From a virus (taxonomy: Duplodnaviria > Heunggongvirae > Uroviricota > Caudoviricetes): a stretch of 64,000 nucleotides of DNA. Made by a program: the position numbers and the translations under genes. Every line of letters begins with the position of its first letter. Position 1 is the stretch's first letter. The stretch lies in IMG/VR virus record IMGVR_UViG_3300046820_000635; one strand, given 5' to 3'. Below the pieces are notes generated by a model that did not search any database, was not told the origin of the DNA, and saw only the letters and a program-made list of their open reading frames with translations. Positions 36,021-45,830 of the stretch are shown here, piece after piece.

Positions 36021-36250
36021 TGAGTTGCAAACACGAAAGAACTGTTAGTCGCTATGTTGAAGAAGAAAACTGGTACACAGGCGAAACAGAAGGTAATTGG
36101 GAATATACAACCGAAAACACCTATGTAGATATTGACCTACACAGATACAAGTGTACAATGTGTAATGAAGTATTTTATTACTCAGGACGTGCTCGAGACT
36201 ACTATGAAAAAGGTATCAAGAGCGAATGGATTACAGGACTAGACAAATGA
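36020..36250 (+). CDS. hypothetical protein (Cys-pair zinc-finger-like)
   Basis: 76 aa, C..HE...CTMC. Confidence 0.35.
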   Translation: MSCKHERTVSRYVEEENWYTGETEGNWEYTTENTYVDIDLHRYKCTMCNEVFYYSGRARDYYEKGIKSEWITGLDK

Positions 36251-36630
36251 GATTAGAAGGAAGAAATGTTATGCGTGATGTAAAAATGGACAAAGCTGAA
36301 TTGCTAAACATTGTTCGAGAGAACAAAGAAAAGCATATTCGTGAATACAACGAAGCTGTTGAGGACTATAAGAAAGCTGCTGTTAAGCTAGCTCAAGAAA
36401 ATCTTGAACTTGCTAACACAGGCGACCTTGATAAGATTTCGAAGATCAAGTCTCTGCCTAGTAAGCCAACTAGTTACGAAGACAGCTATACTCGTGCTAT
36501 TCGAATGTTGGAACTGAGTGTTGAATCAATTATTGAAATTGAAGAGCAAATCTTCAACCAACTAGTACTCGATGAGTGGCAATGGAAACATAACTTTGCA
36601 GTAGCATCTGCATTGTACAAAACAATTTAA
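36226..36630 (+). CDS. hypothetical protein
   Basis: 134 aa. Confidence 0.4.
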   Translation: MDYRTRQMRLEGRNVMRDVKMDKAELLNIVRENKEKHIREYNEAVEDYKKAAVKLAQENLELANTGDLDKISKIKSLPSKPTSYEDSYTRAIRMLELSVESIIEIEEQIFNQLVLDEWQWKHNFAVASALYKTI

Positions 36631-36690
36631 AGATTTTAGTCATTTGACTAAAAAACCCGCCGTAAGGCATTATTATAAAGGCAATTTACA

Positions 36691-37167
36691 ATGACGGTAC
36701 TTAAACTTAAAGACTTGACAACTGCATCTCGGTCTACACTTTGGCGTCGAGCTAATCCAGCTCGATATCAGTTTCATCTGCGTTCGGCACAAGCTGATCG
36801 TAAAATTCATAACTTACCAAAAGCAGTTCGTACTGCACTCATGATATGTTTCCATAGTGCAAAGAAAAGTGCAACGGTTGATAATCGAGAGTTTAAGTTG
36901 ACTAAAGACTTTTTGCAACGTCAATGGATTTTGCAAGAAGGTAAATGCAAAGTCAGTGGCATTCCTATGCAAACAGAATCTGGAACAGTTAAAGAGCGTA
37001 ATAATCTGCGTGTAAGTATTGATCGAATTGATAATACCAAAGGTTATACTAAAAATAACATCCACTTAGTTATTTGGCAGGTGAATAATGCCAAGGGCGC
37101 AGATACTATGCAGTCAGTGTTTGATCTTGCAGTCGCAATTGTTAAGAACAATAATCTGACAGTATAA
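36691..37167 (+). CDS. HNH endonuclease
   Basis: SIDRIDNTKGYTKNNIHLVIWQVNNAKG (HNH core), upstream Cys. Confidence 0.6.
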   Translation: MTVLKLKDLTTASRSTLWRRANPARYQFHLRSAQADRKIHNLPKAVRTALMICFHSAKKSATVDNREFKLTKDFLQRQWILQEGKCKVSGIPMQTESGTVKERNNLRVSIDRIDNTKGYTKNNIHLVIWQVNNAKGADTMQSVFDLAVAIVKNNNLTV

Positions 37168-37171
37168 ATAG

Positions 37172-37196
37172 ATTGAGGGGGAAGGTCCCCCTCAAT
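37172..37196 (+). terminator. Stable hairpin ATTGAGGGGG-aaggt-CCCCCTCAAT
   Basis: 10-bp GC-rich stem directly after the HNH gene. Confidence 0.5.
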
Positions 37197-37253
37197 CACC
37201 AACACTCTTTAAAAACTATGCGTCTAGAGTGTACGCAGTAAAAAGGAGATACC

Positions 37254-38153
37254 ATGATGTATCAATCAAAACTCGTTGCGAGTCTAAAAGCTAACGGCAA
37301 AATTCTTCGCGAATTTAAAGACACAATCTATATCCCCTTCGGCGCGGAATATAGCTTTCTAATCAAGAACTTAAACACAACTCGAGCACTGGTCAATATT
37401 TTTATTGATGGCGAAGATGTGATTGAAGGTGGACTTGTACTCAGTGCAGGACAAGAAGTTGATCTTGAGCGTTATGTAAAGAACGGCAACCTGTCAGCAG
37501 GTAATCGTTTTAAGTTCATTGAACGTACACAGGCAATCGAAGATGGTCCACGCGGTGCAAAGTTAGAGGACGGATTAGTTCGTATTGAGTTTCAATATGA
37601 AAAGCCTCGGCCTGTTATCAACGTCAACTCTATCTTCAATAACGATGGTATGATTTATCCACAAGGCGTTCGTACACCTTGGTACAGCACTAACGCTACT
37701 ACTACAGGTGTTAGCGGCAGCTTGGGTAAAGATCGTTTCTCTGTAACCGCCAGTGGTGCTACTTACTCTGCTAACGTTGGCGGTGTGATGCGTGGTGTTG
37801 ATTTTAGTAACGGCGAAGCAACTAGAGCCGCAGCCGCAGCCGCTATCGATACAATAGCCCCTCAGTCAATGAATGCACACGATGGTTCTGCTACAATGGA
37901 CTGGAACGATGTAGGCATTACTGTTCCGGGAAGTAAGAGCACACAAAAGTTTACAACTGTAACTATGGGCGAAATGGAGGCTGAAAAGCATACCATTGTT
38001 CTAAAGCTATTGGGCGAAACTCCTGATAACAAACCTGTAATGAAACCAGTTACTGTTGAGCGTAAACCAAAATGTGTTACCTGCGGCAAGCAAAATAAAG
38101 CTCATGCTAAGTTTTGTGTCGAATGTGGCACAGCACTAGAGATTTTTGCATAA
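37254..38153 (+). CDS. hypothetical protein with C-terminal zinc ribbon
   Basis: 299 aa. AAAAGGAG RBS. KCVTCGK...CVECG. Confidence 0.5.
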   Translation: MMYQSKLVASLKANGKILREFKDTIYIPFGAEYSFLIKNLNTTRALVNIFIDGEDVIEGGLVLSAGQEVDLERYVKNGNLSAGNRFKFIERTQAIEDGPRGAKLEDGLVRIEFQYEKPRPVINVNSIFNNDGMIYPQGVRTPWYSTNATTTGVSGSLGKDRFSVTASGATYSANVGGVMRGVDFSNGEATRAAAAAAIDTIAPQSMNAHDGSATMDWNDVGITVPGSKSTQKFTTVTMGEMEAEKHTIVLKLLGETPDNKPVMKPVTVERKPKCVTCGKQNKAHAKFCVECGTALEIFA

Positions 38154-38476
38154 TGGACTATATCCTCCGATACGAACTAACACCAGAAGACATCGAGTTT
38201 CTCAACACAACTTCGATGGATTATGAGTTGCACACTCCCGACAAGTTTTGTGTAGCTGATAGCGGATGGTGCGATTACAGTACCGGAGGATATATCGTTA
38301 GAAAAAACGACAGGGCAATCTTTAAGGACGTTAGTGATAGCAATCTAACGTTCCTAACTTTAAAGTTTGGTAACCGTCTAAAAGAGATGCATGACGGAAT
38401 GAGAGAAATCTACAATGTGGCAGAACAACACAATGTAGGTCCTCTGACTGTAATAGACAGCGAAAGCGTGATTTAA
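38152..38476 (+). CDS. hypothetical protein
   Basis: Start MDYILRYE by TAATGG coupling. Confidence 0.4.
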
Positions 38477-38483
38477 AATGGAC

Positions 38484-38517
38484 AAATAATCACTTTACAA
38501 GGTGATTATTTTTCTGT
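38484..38517 (+). terminator. Rho-independent terminator
   Basis: AAATAATCAC-tttacaag-GTGATTATTT then TTTT. Confidence 0.7.
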
Positions 38518-38575
38518 ATAATAAATACATAGCAAGGAGATAGACTCCAAGCACATTTATACAAAGGATTTTTGT

Positions 38576-38935
38576 ATGTCACAAAAAACATTCACCATCG
38601 ACAAGTTCTATGTCTTGTCAGCAATCAACAAAGCAGGAAAGCGTGTCTACTACGACACTGATTCACATTCGGGCGGTTATCCCTACTGGAGCACTTTTAC
38701 GGCTCACGCATGTTCTAAAAAGTTCGTTAAACTAGACGACATTCCTACATTCTCAAGCACTGACTATATGCGTCGTGATGTTAACAGCATCGAAGTACTA
38801 GAAGTCAAAATACAGGCCAAAGTAGTACAAACTACTGAAATCGTTTCAGAAGCCCGTGCAAAGGCCGAGGCAGAAATTGCTAAGATTCAAAAAGAACTAG
38901 CACAAAAAATCGCAAGACTGGAGAATGTAAAATGA
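38576..38935 (+). CDS. hypothetical protein
   Basis: 119 aa, C-terminal coiled coil. Confidence 0.4.
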   Translation: MSQKTFTIDKFYVLSAINKAGKRVYYDTDSHSGGYPYWSTFTAHACSKKFVKLDDIPTFSSTDYMRRDVNSIEVLEVKIQAKVVQTTEIVSEARAKAEAEIAKIQKELAQKIARLENVK

Positions 38936-39948
38936 AAAAATACGATACACTTGTCCTCATCGGACGCTTTCAGCCAATCCATAATGCTCATCTAGAGATT
39001 ATCAAACGTAGCACAGCATTGTGCAACAAATTGATTATCATCATAGGTTCAGCTAATCAACCACGCACTTACAAGAATCCATTTGTAGTTGAAGAACGAG
39101 CACGTATGATTCGTGCTGCAACTAGTGGACTTGCATTACAAGTTACCATTGAAGCCAACACAGATACCATTTATAATGATCAAGCATGGGCGGTGCGTAT
39201 CCAATCCATTGTGAACAAGCACACTCTTCCGGGTGAAAAGATTGCTGTCATTGGCCACAAGAAAGATGACAGCTCATTCTACTTGGACATGTTCCCCCAA
39301 TGGGGTTACGAAAATGTGGAGGAAATCGAGCCACTGAGCGCGGTTAACATTCGTGACCTGTACTTCAAACGTGACTGCAATATGAAGTTCATTAAGGCTG
39401 TGGTTCCTGAAACTACTTATGACTTCCTTAACGAATTCAAAGACACTGCCGAATACGAACAAATCATTCGTGAGCGTGAGTTCTTGATTGAACACAATAA
39501 ACAGTATGCCAGCTTGAAGTATCCTCCGATCTTCAGCACTGCTGATGCTGTGGTTATTTGCTCTGCTCACGTGTTGATGATCAAACGCCGTGCCGAGCCA
39601 GGTCGAGGCTTGTGGGCACTGCCAGGTGGTTATGTAAATGCTAATACTGACAAGAGTGTTGAAGACGCTGCTATTCGCGAACTCCGCGAAGAAACGATGA
39701 TCAAAGTTCCTGCTCCAGTATTGCGTGGCAACATTGTTCGTAGTAAAGTATTTGATGCTATTGATCGTAGTCCGAGAGGGCGTATCATCACTCATGCGTT
39801 TTACATTCAATTACCCGACGGCGAACTGCCTAAAGTGAAAGGCAGCGACGATGCAGAGAAAGCACGTTGGGTCCCTATTGCAGAGGTCGAGAGCGAAGAG
39901 TGCTTCGAAGATCATTACGAAATTCTGAGTTCATTCCTCGGTGCTTGA
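38932..39948 (+). CDS. nadM: Bifunctional NMN adenylyltransferase / Nudix ADP-ribose pyrophosphatase (NadM-like)
   Basis: LVLIGRFQPIHNAH (nucleotidyltransferase H-x-x-H). Nudix box GGYVNANTDKSVEDAAIRELREETMI. Confidence 0.8.
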   Translation: MKKYDTLVLIGRFQPIHNAHLEIIKRSTALCNKLIIIIGSANQPRTYKNPFVVEERARMIRAATSGLALQVTIEANTDTIYNDQAWAVRIQSIVNKHTLPGEKIAVIGHKKDDSSFYLDMFPQWGYENVEEIEPLSAVNIRDLYFKRDCNMKFIKAVVPETTYDFLNEFKDTAEYEQIIREREFLIEHNKQYASLKYPPIFSTADAVVICSAHVLMIKRRAEPGRGLWALPGGYVNANTDKSVEDAAIRELREETMIKVPAPVLRGNIVRSKVFDAIDRSPRGRIITHAFYIQLPDGELPKVKGSDDAEKARWVPIAEVESEECFEDHYEILSSFLGA

Positions 39949-40677
39949 TAGAATCATAAATCCAGTCTTCTTATGTGGGGCTTTGTTAGTAATCGTATTT
40001 CTCAAGGATGAATAGTTGATGTTATTTTCTACACACCATAGTTTCAAACAATCAGTAGTAGTAATACCGCTGGGCGTTTGTATGGTGTATATGATGCCGT
40101 GGCCTTTGCCGGCTCTGGCTTTAGACATAGCATCCTTTGTTTCTTTACTTGCTGTTCTACCCTTGTTAGCATCGCCCATTCTTTTAGCCTTCAGTTTAGA
40201 GGCTTCGGATTGTTTTTCTGTGCGAGGCATTTTTCCAACACGAGACATATTGGATCGCATCTTTTCTGTTGCGGGTCGTTCTGCTCCAAGTTTCTTTAAC
40301 TTCTCAATGTGTTCAGGAGAGTGCCTTTTGCCCGCCCAACCGTTAAATCCTTTGAAGGAACCTCCGTCTAATCCTGATTCTGGCTTGAAGTTCAACCAAT
40401 CAGTTGATCCTGTTATATCCATTATGTCTGACATTACTACGGCAGTTTCTACCAAAGTTTCAATGTCAGTGAATAAACAATACCATAGTGTCAAAACTTT
40501 GTCTTTACCGTGGGCAGTGATATGACGACCCCAATGTATTCCGGACCCTGTGTATCGTTCAACATTCTTTTGGGTAGTTTTGCCAAAATAAAGTTTGCCC
40601 GTTTCTGTATGCTGTTTGATATACAGGTAAGTGGGCTTAAAGTTGTCTTTATGGAGTTGGGTAATAGTGTTCTTCAT
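39931..40677 (-). CDS. Degenerate GIY-YIG-type (Seg-like) homing endonuclease
   Basis: TYLYIKQHTETGKLYFGKTTQ...YTGSG; repeated basic ...H..KLKKLG... modules. The only sizeable minus-strand gene, inserted between the NAD-salvage genes nadM and NAMPT. Confidence 0.5.
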   Translation of the reverse strand: MKNTITQLHKDNFKPTYLYIKQHTETGKLYFGKTTQKNVERYTGSGIHWGRHITAHGKDKVLTLWYCLFTDIETLVETAVVMSDIMDITGSTDWLNFKPESGLDGGSFKGFNGWAGKRHSPEHIEKLKKLGAERPATEKMRSNMSRVGKMPRTEKQSEASKLKAKRMGDANKGRTASKETKDAMSKARAGKGHGIIYTIQTPSGITTTDCLKLWCVENNINYSSLRNTITNKAPHKKTGFMILSSTEE

Positions 40678-40723
40678 ACATTTATTTATCCAATCACTAC
40701 GATATTATACAACATTTGTAGTA

Positions 40724-40752
40724 TTGACAGAATGGTAAAACGGTGCTATAAT
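40724..40752 (+). promoter_or_regulatory. Consensus promoter TTGACA-N17-TGcTATAAT (repeat of the 27154 element)
   Basis: GGTGCTATAATATACACAT is identical to 27173-27191. Confidence 0.65.
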
Positions 40753-40778
40753 ATACACATCAACAAAGAAAGTATCGT

Positions 40779-41054
40779 ATGAACGAACGAATTAAACAAC
40801 TTGCTGAACAGGCTACTATCAGGGGAGAAGAATATCTTCCTGGCAATGACGGTCATCCCACTCCAACATTTTACTTTGATAAAGAAAAGTTCGCCGAGTT
40901 GATTGTGCGGGAATGTTTGGGCATTGTTAAGTCAAATACTTACGGTCCAGCAGGAGAATACGATTATAGTTATTCGGATAAAAGTGCAGCAGCTGATGAA
41001 CGAGCAGAAACCATTCATGAAGAGATCGCATATCATTTCGGAGTTGAAGAATGA
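40779..41054 (+). CDS. hypothetical protein
   Basis: 91 aa. Confidence 0.4.
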   Translation: MNERIKQLAEQATIRGEEYLPGNDGHPTPTFYFDKEKFAELIVRECLGIVKSNTYGPAGEYDYSYSDKSAAADERAETIHEEIAYHFGVEE

Positions 41055-41302
41055 AAATAATCAAATGCTGGGACATTCAAGTTTGGGATGGCGGTGATCG
41101 CCACAATCACAAATACTATGTCAAGACTAAAGAAGCCGCAGAGGCTTGGAAAGAAACAAACAAGTATGATGAAATCTACGAAAAAGAATTTGTCATCCTT
41201 GATGACTTAACCGAAGTCGAAGCATTTAAGAACGGCGAACTTCGTAAGCAAGCGTTAGCCAAACTTACTGATGCTGAAAAGGTTGTATTGGGCTTAAAAT
41301 AA
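41051..41302 (+). CDS. hypothetical protein
   Basis: 83 aa, ATGA-coupled. Confidence 0.4.
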   Translation: MKIIKCWDIQVWDGGDRHNHKYYVKTKEAAEAWKETNKYDEIYEKEFVILDDLTEVEAFKNGELRKQALAKLTDAEKVVLGLK

Positions 41303-41313
41303 CCCAAAACAAG

Positions 41314-41342
41314 TTGACGTTTACGGGTGTAGACGTTATACT
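41314..41342 (+). promoter_or_regulatory. Promoter TTGACG-N17-TATACT
   Basis: Upstream of the NAMPT gene. Confidence 0.55.
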
Positions 41343-41395
41343 ATAAACAAGTCCAAGCGATAGACGCCTGGCATAACAAGTAAAGGAACTTTACC

Positions 41396-42796
41396 ATGAA
41401 ACTCGCAAAAAACATTATTCTCAACACCGACTCATATAAAGTGTCGATGTTCAAACAATACCCAGTAGGAACTACAGGTGTATATTCTTACATTGAATCC
41501 CGAGGCGGACGTTACGATCAGACTGTATTCTTCGGACTGCAAGCGTTCATTAAAGAGTACTTACTCGAGCCCATCACACAACAAGACATTGATGTGGCTG
41601 ATGAAATCCTTACCCTACACGGTGAGCCTTTCAACCGAGCAGGATGGCAGTACATTCTTGACAAGCACAATGGATACCTCCCAGTTGTTATCCGAGCCGT
41701 CCCCGAAGGAACAGTTGTACCTGTCAAGCAGGTGCTTGCAACAATTGAAAACACAGATCCAGAATGCTTCTGGTTGACTACTTGGTTAGAAACGGCCCTG
41801 CTTCGTGCTGTATGGTATCCAACTACCGTAGCCTCACAAAGTGCAACTATCCGCAAAGTAATTCTTGACGCATTGGAGAAAACTGGTGATCCATCTACTA
41901 TTGATTTCAAACTTCACGATTTCGGTGCTCGCGGCGTATCTTCTATGGAATCCGCCGGCATCGGTGGTGCGGCGCATCTCGTCAACTTCATGGGCACTGA
42001 CACTATCACTGGTGTTCTGTATGCTCGTGAGTATTACAATGCTGGTATCGCAGGTTTCTCAATCCCAGCCGCAGAACACTCAACAATCACAAGTTGGGGT
42101 CGTGAAGGTGAAGTAGATGCTTACAGAAATATGCTCAATCAATTCGCCAAACCTGGTTCCATTGTTGCTATTGTCAGCGACAGTTATGACATTTATAATG
42201 CCGTTGACAATCTTTGGGGTGAACAACTTCGTCAACAGGTTATTGATAGTGGTGCAACTGTTGTTATTCGCCCTGACAGTGGTGATCCTGATGTCGTGTG
42301 CCGCCAACTAGTCCAAAAGCTGGATGCCAAGTTTGGATCTACTGTGAACAGCAAAGGATTCAAAGTTCTCAACAATGTTCGCCTGATCCAAGGTGACGGT
42401 GTTAACGAAAACACTATCCGTACAATCTTGGGATCCTTCCAAGCATACGGATACTCAGCAGACAATATTGCATTTGGTATGGGTGGCGCACTGCTACAAC
42501 AAGTCGATCGAGATACACAACGTTTTGCAATGAAGTGTTCTAGCATTGTAGTTAACGGCGAAAATCGTGATGTGCAAAAAGATCCTATCACTGACAGTGG
42601 TAAGAAGTCTAAGGCTGGTCGTGTTAAGCTGTGGACTAACAGTGGCAGAGAGTTTGCATCCGGTGTCACTGCTCCTACTGGCTGGACAGACAAGGGCATC
42701 GGTGGATGGACTGAAGCATTGCAAATCGTTTATCAAAACGGTGCATTGTTTAACGAAATCACATTCGACCAAGTTCGAGCTAATGCTCGCAAATAA
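41396..42796 (+). CDS. Nicotinamide phosphoribosyltransferase (NAMPT/NadV-like)
   Basis: 466 aa. Start MKLAKNIILNTDSYKVSMFKQYP, then ...HDFGARG...GTDTITG.... Confidence 0.85.
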   Translation: MKLAKNIILNTDSYKVSMFKQYPVGTTGVYSYIESRGGRYDQTVFFGLQAFIKEYLLEPITQQDIDVADEILTLHGEPFNRAGWQYILDKHNGYLPVVIRAVPEGTVVPVKQVLATIENTDPECFWLTTWLETALLRAVWYPTTVASQSATIRKVILDALEKTGDPSTIDFKLHDFGARGVSSMESAGIGGAAHLVNFMGTDTITGVLYAREYYNAGIAGFSIPAAEHSTITSWGREGEVDAYRNMLNQFAKPGSIVAIVSDSYDIYNAVDNLWGEQLRQQVIDSGATVVIRPDSGDPDVVCRQLVQKLDAKFGSTVNSKGFKVLNNVRLIQGDGVNENTIRTILGSFQAYGYSADNIAFGMGGALLQQVDRDTQRFAMKCSSIVVNGENRDVQKDPITDSGKKSKAGRVKLWTNSGREFASGVTAPTGWTDKGIGGWTEALQIVYQNGALFNEITFDQVRANARK

Positions 42797-42803
42797 ATGA
42801 ATA

Positions 42804-42839
42804 AAGGGTCTTGACAGGCCCTTTATTCTACAGTATACT
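42804..42839 (+). promoter_or_regulatory. Terminator hairpin AAAGGG...CCCTTT whose loop carries the -35 of the promoter TTGACA-N17-TATACT
   Basis: TTGACA at 42811-42816, TATACT at 42834-42839. Confidence 0.55.
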
Positions 42840-42878
42840 AATAGCTCAACAACACTTTGTATTTTAAAGGCTCAAACA

Positions 42879-43955
42879 ATGTCTTACTTTCTGAAATCAG
42901 GCAACACTTTTAAGGTTTCTAACAAGGCCGCAATGGATCTGCATGATAAATTGCCAGTCGGCACTTACACTGTAGGTTTCGATAAAATGTCTGGTACGTT
43001 TTATCTAGAGCAAATCGAATCGTTCGAGTTGTCCGGCAAAATCTACGGTAATGCTACACGCCATGCAGATCGTATCCTACGTACATTCTTGTCACGTCCC
43101 AACGCTACTGGTGTAATGCTTACAGGCGAAAAGGGTTCTGGTAAGACATTGCTTACTAAGAAAATCGCAGTCGATGCGGCGGCACAAGATATCCCTACTA
43201 TCGTTATTAATCAGCCTTGGGCAGGTGAAGGCTTCAATGCGTTCATGCAAATGATTGATCAACCTACTGTGATTATCTTTGATGAGTTCGAGAAAGTCTA
43301 CGATCGCGAAACGCAAGAACAGATGTTGACATTACTTGACGGTGTTTACCCAAGCAAGAAACTGTTCATGTTGACCTGTAACGACAAGTGGCGTGTTGAC
43401 TCTCATATGCGTAACCGTCCAGGTCGTATCTTTTATATGATCGACTTCAAGGGCTTGGATGCAGAGTTCATTCGTGAGTACTGCATGGATAACTTGAACG
43501 CTAAAGAGTTTATCGAGAAAATTTGTCAGATTGCTGCTCTGTTCAGCGAGTTCAACTTCGACATGCTGAAAGCAATGGTTGAAGAAATGAATCGTTACAA
43601 CGAGTCTCCAACTGATGTACTGAAGCTGTTGAACGCTAAACCAGAGTTCAGCGATGAGTCTAAGTACAAGGTCGAACTGCAAATCGACGGTATCGAGATC
43701 GACGGCGAAAAAGTTGAACAAACCGAATGGCACGGTAATCCGTTAACAAAAGGTGTTCACATCGACTACAAGGTCTTCGAGAAAGACGACGATGGAGAAG
43801 AAGACTGGAACTGGGAAGGTGTGCGTTTTACCGCGCAAGATCTCAAGAAAGTTGATTCTACACACGGTAAGTTCATCTTTATGAATGAAACTGGCGCACG
43901 TTTGGTCCTGACCAAAGTCAAGGAAAAGACCTACTATCACTACGATGCACTGTGA
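42879..43955 (+). CDS. AAA+ ATPase
   Basis: Walker A LTGEKGSGKTLL; Walker B VIIFDEFEK. Confidence 0.65.
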   Translation: MSYFLKSGNTFKVSNKAAMDLHDKLPVGTYTVGFDKMSGTFYLEQIESFELSGKIYGNATRHADRILRTFLSRPNATGVMLTGEKGSGKTLLTKKIAVDAAAQDIPTIVINQPWAGEGFNAFMQMIDQPTVIIFDEFEKVYDRETQEQMLTLLDGVYPSKKLFMLTCNDKWRVDSHMRNRPGRIFYMIDFKGLDAEFIREYCMDNLNAKEFIEKICQIAALFSEFNFDMLKAMVEEMNRYNESPTDVLKLLNAKPEFSDESKYKVELQIDGIEIDGEKVEQTEWHGNPLTKGVHIDYKVFEKDDDGEEDWNWEGVRFTAQDLKKVDSTHGKFIFMNETGARLVLTKVKEKTYYHYDAL

Positions 43956-43981
43956 TCAGTCTCATGTAGATAAATATCTAC

Positions 43982-44281
43982 ATGAAAATCAGTGAAGTAT
44001 TAACAGAACTAACGTTCCATGGCAGCAAGTGTACCAAGGACTGTAGCGGACACAGTGCAGGGTATGCTTGGGCCATGCAACACAAAAGTTCTGCAGGGTG
44101 TAACTCTACTAGCCCGAGTTTCAACAAAGGCTGCGAAATAGCAGCTGATCAGCAGAAAACCGGTGTAGTTCGTCGTCCTAAGATACGTGATGTTCGTGGA
44201 AAGTTTGCTCCTAAACCAGTAGCAAAACCAGCAGTAAAGCCCGCACCTACTACACCAATTAAGCCTGTAGCACCAAGATAG
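43982..44281 (+). CDS. hypothetical Cys-rich, Pro/Lys-tailed protein (ends in TAG)
   Basis: 99 aa. C-terminus KPVAKPAVKPAPTTPIKPVAPR. Amber stop. Confidence 0.4.
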   Translation: MKISEVLTELTFHGSKCTKDCSGHSAGYAWAMQHKSSAGCNSTSPSFNKGCEIAADQQKTGVVRRPKIRDVRGKFAPKPVAKPAVKPAPTTPIKPVAPR

Positions 44282-44284
44282 ATC

Positions 44285-44312
44285 TTGACAAATCCTGTTA
44301 AGACTATATACT
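44285..44312 (+). promoter_or_regulatory. Promoter TTGACA-N16-TATACT
   Basis: Upstream of the 44343/44376 gene. Confidence 0.5.
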
Positions 44313-44375
44313 AAACAATAGACATTAACAAAGGAGATTAACATGTCGTAGATTGAATATGCTTGCAAGGACGTA

Positions 44376-44930
44376 GTGTTCCATTTTAACAAAAAACACT
44401 TAGAAGATCAGACCATTCCAATGTGGGTCATTAAAACACATGGAGAAAGTTTTTACGTACATCACGTAAGTTGCGAATTACCTTGGAGCACCAAGGAAAC
44501 ACCGGACAATTCGCATACTAAAGGTAGCATCAAAGTTAAAGATTGTTTATTAACAATCAATGACGACAACGAAGCTGCTATTTCCAAACTCACTATTTTT
44601 GATAAAGTTCGTCTGCGTAATCAGCGACTGGGTATCACTCGCGTTATGTGGAGTAACGGACACATGCCCGACATTCTTAAAAACGAAGGTATCAAGCACA
44701 GCCCTTTTAAAACTATTCACGGTGCCTGTTCCACTGCCTACACTGTTTGTGATTTGTTAGACAAACAGCAGGTAACCTTGCTTGCGTTAAAGTACAGCAA
44801 TAAGTTTCGTATCCTTATGCCCAACGAAACACAATATCGTGCCTATGACGATAAGAAACTATGGGAAAAGTTGCAACGTGATTATGACACTGCGGAGTAC
44901 GACGATGAAGATGAAGATTCCGATGAATAA
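44376..44930 (+). CDS. hypothetical protein (possible amber-containing alternative start at 44343)
   Basis: GTG at 44376 sits 4 nt after an AAGGA RBS. Alternatively, ATG at 44343 sits 7 nt after a perfect AAGGAG, but its codon 3 is TAG in frame. Confidence 0.5.
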   Translation: MFHFNKKHLEDQTIPMWVIKTHGESFYVHHVSCELPWSTKETPDNSHTKGSIKVKDCLLTINDDNEAAISKLTIFDKVRLRNQRLGITRVMWSNGHMPDILKNEGIKHSPFKTIHGACSTAYTVCDLLDKQQVTLLALKYSNKFRILMPNETQYRAYDDKKLWEKLQRDYDTAEYDDEDEDSDE

Positions 44931-45072
44931 GATTATTGATTTTATCAATGACATTAAACGGCTCAATATTCGCCATAAGCCGTTTAGTGCTTGGGTTCCT
45001 CACGGATACTACGAGATTGAACTTTATCCAAATCCAAACAACGATCTGTTGTATCTAAAATACTGTACTTGA
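44923..45072 (+). CDS. small protein (49 aa) ending ...DLLYLKYCT, related to the downstream paralog family
   Basis: ATGA-type coupling. C-terminus resembles the family motif. Confidence 0.35.
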   Translation: MNKIIDFINDIKRLNIRHKPFSAWVPHGYYEIELYPNPNNDLLYLKYCT

Positions 45073-45123
45073 CTTTGCTTGGATTTGGTGCTATACTTTA
45101 TCTAAAGCTGAAGAAAGGTTAGT

Positions 45124-45309
45124 ATGCTGTTGATCACTATCGTTATTGGTTTTGTTCTTGTCTTTATGAGTGGAGTACATTTTTGTGCCTACAAAGTAGA
45201 CAAGTTGGAAGGCCGGGCACGAGCTACTAACTCTCTCATGTGGAGTCTGTTGTCTGGAATCATTGGACTCTACCATATTATTGCTCTTATAGGAATGTCT
45301 GCAAAATGA
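45124..45309 (+). CDS. small membrane protein
   Basis: 61 aa, two helices. Confidence 0.35.
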   Translation: MLLITIVIGFVLVFMSGVHFCAYKVDKLEGRARATNSLMWSLLSGIIGLYHIIALIGMSAK

Positions 45310-45830
45310 TTACATTGAAACAATGGATGGAAGTTGTTGAGTATCGTGTTACCGAAGGTAGCGAATACTACTGGAAGTGCTACGGATATGACGCTTATGC
45401 GTTAGATTCTTGGAACGGTGACAATGAAGGTCACAGCTTTACAGTTATTTTTGATACCAAAACTCAAGTGGTCTACGAAGTGCAGGCACACGACTATAAA
45501 AATAATCGTGCCTATCGCATGATTAATCCAGAGTTCATAGAGGCTAATCGTACAGAAGCTGAACAGAAAAATGTAAGTCGTACAGAAGCTTGGGAAAATA
45601 CTTCCTATGTCGATCTAGATCTAGAAGAAGACTTTTTAGAAAAAGCAAAGGCCATTGCCAATGGTGAAGATTACGATACTCGAGTGCGTATTCCTCTCGA
45701 CTTCACTGACGAAGAGCTGTTAACCTACATGACTATGGCTCATGAACGTGACATGACATTCAACGCATTTATCGAAGAAGCATTGCGACATGCTATTGAC
45801 AAATATAAACTGACTGAAAACAATGAATAA
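45306..45830 (+). CDS. hypothetical protein
   Basis: Start MITLKQW by ATGA coupling. Confidence 0.45.
   Translation: MITLKQWMEVVEYRVTEGSEYYWKCYGYDAYALDSWNGDNEGHSFTVIFDTKTQVVYEVQAHDYKNNRAYRMINPEFIEANRTEAEQKNVSRTEAWENTSYVDLDLEEDFLEKAKAIANGEDYDTRVRIPLDFTDEELLTYMTMAHERDMTFNAFIEEALRHAIDKYKLTENNE

Noticed and set aside
44343-44375. Treating ATG 44343 with in-frame TAG as the definite start (obligate amber suppression)
   Set aside because: An in-frame GTG at 44376 with its own AAGGA RBS offers a conventional start, so the amber-start model is reported only as a hypothesis.
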